Source: an uncultured Bdellovibrio sp.
Lineage (GTDB): Bacteria > Bdellovibrionota > Bdellovibrionia > Bdellovibrionales > Bdellovibrionaceae
Direction of reading: 5' to 3'
Length of the DNA: 36,354 bases
Assembly (NCBI GenBank): GCA_937871355.1
Contig: CALMPX010000206.1
Coordinates: 1 to 36,354 of the forward strand
Shown in pieces: positions 35,591-36,354 of this stretch (position 1 is its first letter; the number at the start of each line of letters is the position of its first letter). A program made the translations under genes and the position numbers. The notes under the pieces are model-generated. The model was not told the origin of the DNA. It searched no databases and saw only the letters and a list, made by a program, of their open reading frames with translations.

Positions 35591-36352
35591 CTACATCTTA
35601 ATTTTTTTAATAAAAAGAACTTGTCGGTATATCAAAAAAAAGCAAATGATAAAAAATGGGGTTGCTGGCATGACCGGCAAAATCGCTCCGACAAGGCCTA
35701 ACAGAAAAAATACCAATGCGCCAAATAGCCGAAGTAAACTATAAAATTTATTTCTGTTGTTATCTTCTTGATACGTGAGCGTCACAGACATGTTCGCCAC
35801 GACGGACAAAATAATATAAAAGAAAAACCTTAAAGCTTTAATTCTTAAAGTCGATTTGCGTTCAAAGTTTTTATAAATAATTCTCTCGCAACCCGTTTCA
35901 ATAAGTTCATTTAAAACCGTATCGAAATGCTTTGTTTCTCTGGTGGACATGATATCAATATTCATCTCTAGATTTTGTTGATAGCTGGTATAATTCAAAT
36001 TAAAAGAACCAATCGTTGCAAAATGACCATCAACCGAAGCCACTTTTCCATGAAGAACTGATTTTTTCCAAAGGTAAATGTCGATGTTATGTTTTAAAAA
36101 ATAAGAATAGAGGTGTTCAGAAGCTAAGATATAGCTTGGCCAATCTGAAATTTTAGGCAAAATCAATCTGACCTTAACTCCTCTTCGCGCCGCTTGGACT
36201 AATTGTTGTTTGAATTTATGACTTGGAAAAAAATAGGCATTGACGATCGTTATTTCTTTTTGAGCTTCTTTAATTAATTTTGAATAATTTTTTGAGATCT
36301 GCCAACGACGATAGATCCAGTCGTTAATCGAAATCTTTAAAACGATATCACT
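35591..36352 (-). CDS. clsB: Cardiolipin synthase (ClsB-like), C-terminal part, with a DUF454/YbaN-like membrane tail (partial, starts beyond the window)
   Basis: Frame open to the window edge: NAYFFP, AARRGVKVRLILP, HGKVASVD, IGSFNL, NLEMN; tail LGLVGAILPVMPATPFF. Confidence 0.8.
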   Translation of the reverse strand, partial: SDIVLKISINDWIYRRWQISKNYSKLIKEAQKEITIVNAYFFPSHKFKQQLVQAARRGVKVRLILPKISDWPSYILASEHLYSYFLKHNIDIYLWKKSVLHGKVASVDGHFATIGSFNLNYTSYQQNLEMNIDIMSTRETKHFDTVLNELIETGCERIIYKNFERKSTLRIKALRFFFYIILSVVANMSVTLTYQEDNNRNKFYSLLRLFGALVFFLLGLVGAILPVMPATPFFIICFFLIYRQVLFIKKIKM

Positions 36353-36354
36353 GG

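Overview
AT-rich bacterial window whose gene content (many secreted Cys-containing orphans, an RCC1/Ig surface lipoprotein, sigma54- and sigma28-like promoters) suggests a Bdellovibrionota-type host; this is inference. About 227-12490 is a compact, single-orientation integrative conjugative-like element: coupled small leader ORFs, a DUF736-like protein, a reduced VirB2-B3-B4-B5-B6-B8-B9-B10 type IV secretion set, a TraV-like lipoprotein, a Xis-like HTH and an intact tyrosine integrase. No VirD4 or HUH (MOB) relaxase is visible; a membrane-anchored FtsK/SpoIIIE ATPase and a wHTH + PD-(D/E)XK 'replication-relaxation' protein take their place. The sequence right after the integrase (12407-12492) recurs 794 bp downstream (13201-13286) as a degenerate copy whose palindromic core has compensatory changes, and its 11-bp core also occurs at 227-237, suggesting an integration hotspot with relic att sites. 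The rest is chromosomal-type: VF530, secreted orphans, DUF1275-selD-mnmH, a CX5R protein + CDP-alcohol phosphatidyltransferase + inositol-3-phosphate synthase, a frameshifted Ig/RCC1 lipoprotein, PLD, SLT, GhoS-like, RluA, TfoX-like, M91-like protease, lipocalin, S4 protein, iron permease, a DUF1328-CsbD-DUF883 stress cluster and a partial cardiolipin synthase. No rRNA, tRNA or CRISPR array was seen. All family calls come from motifs read by eye, without database searches.
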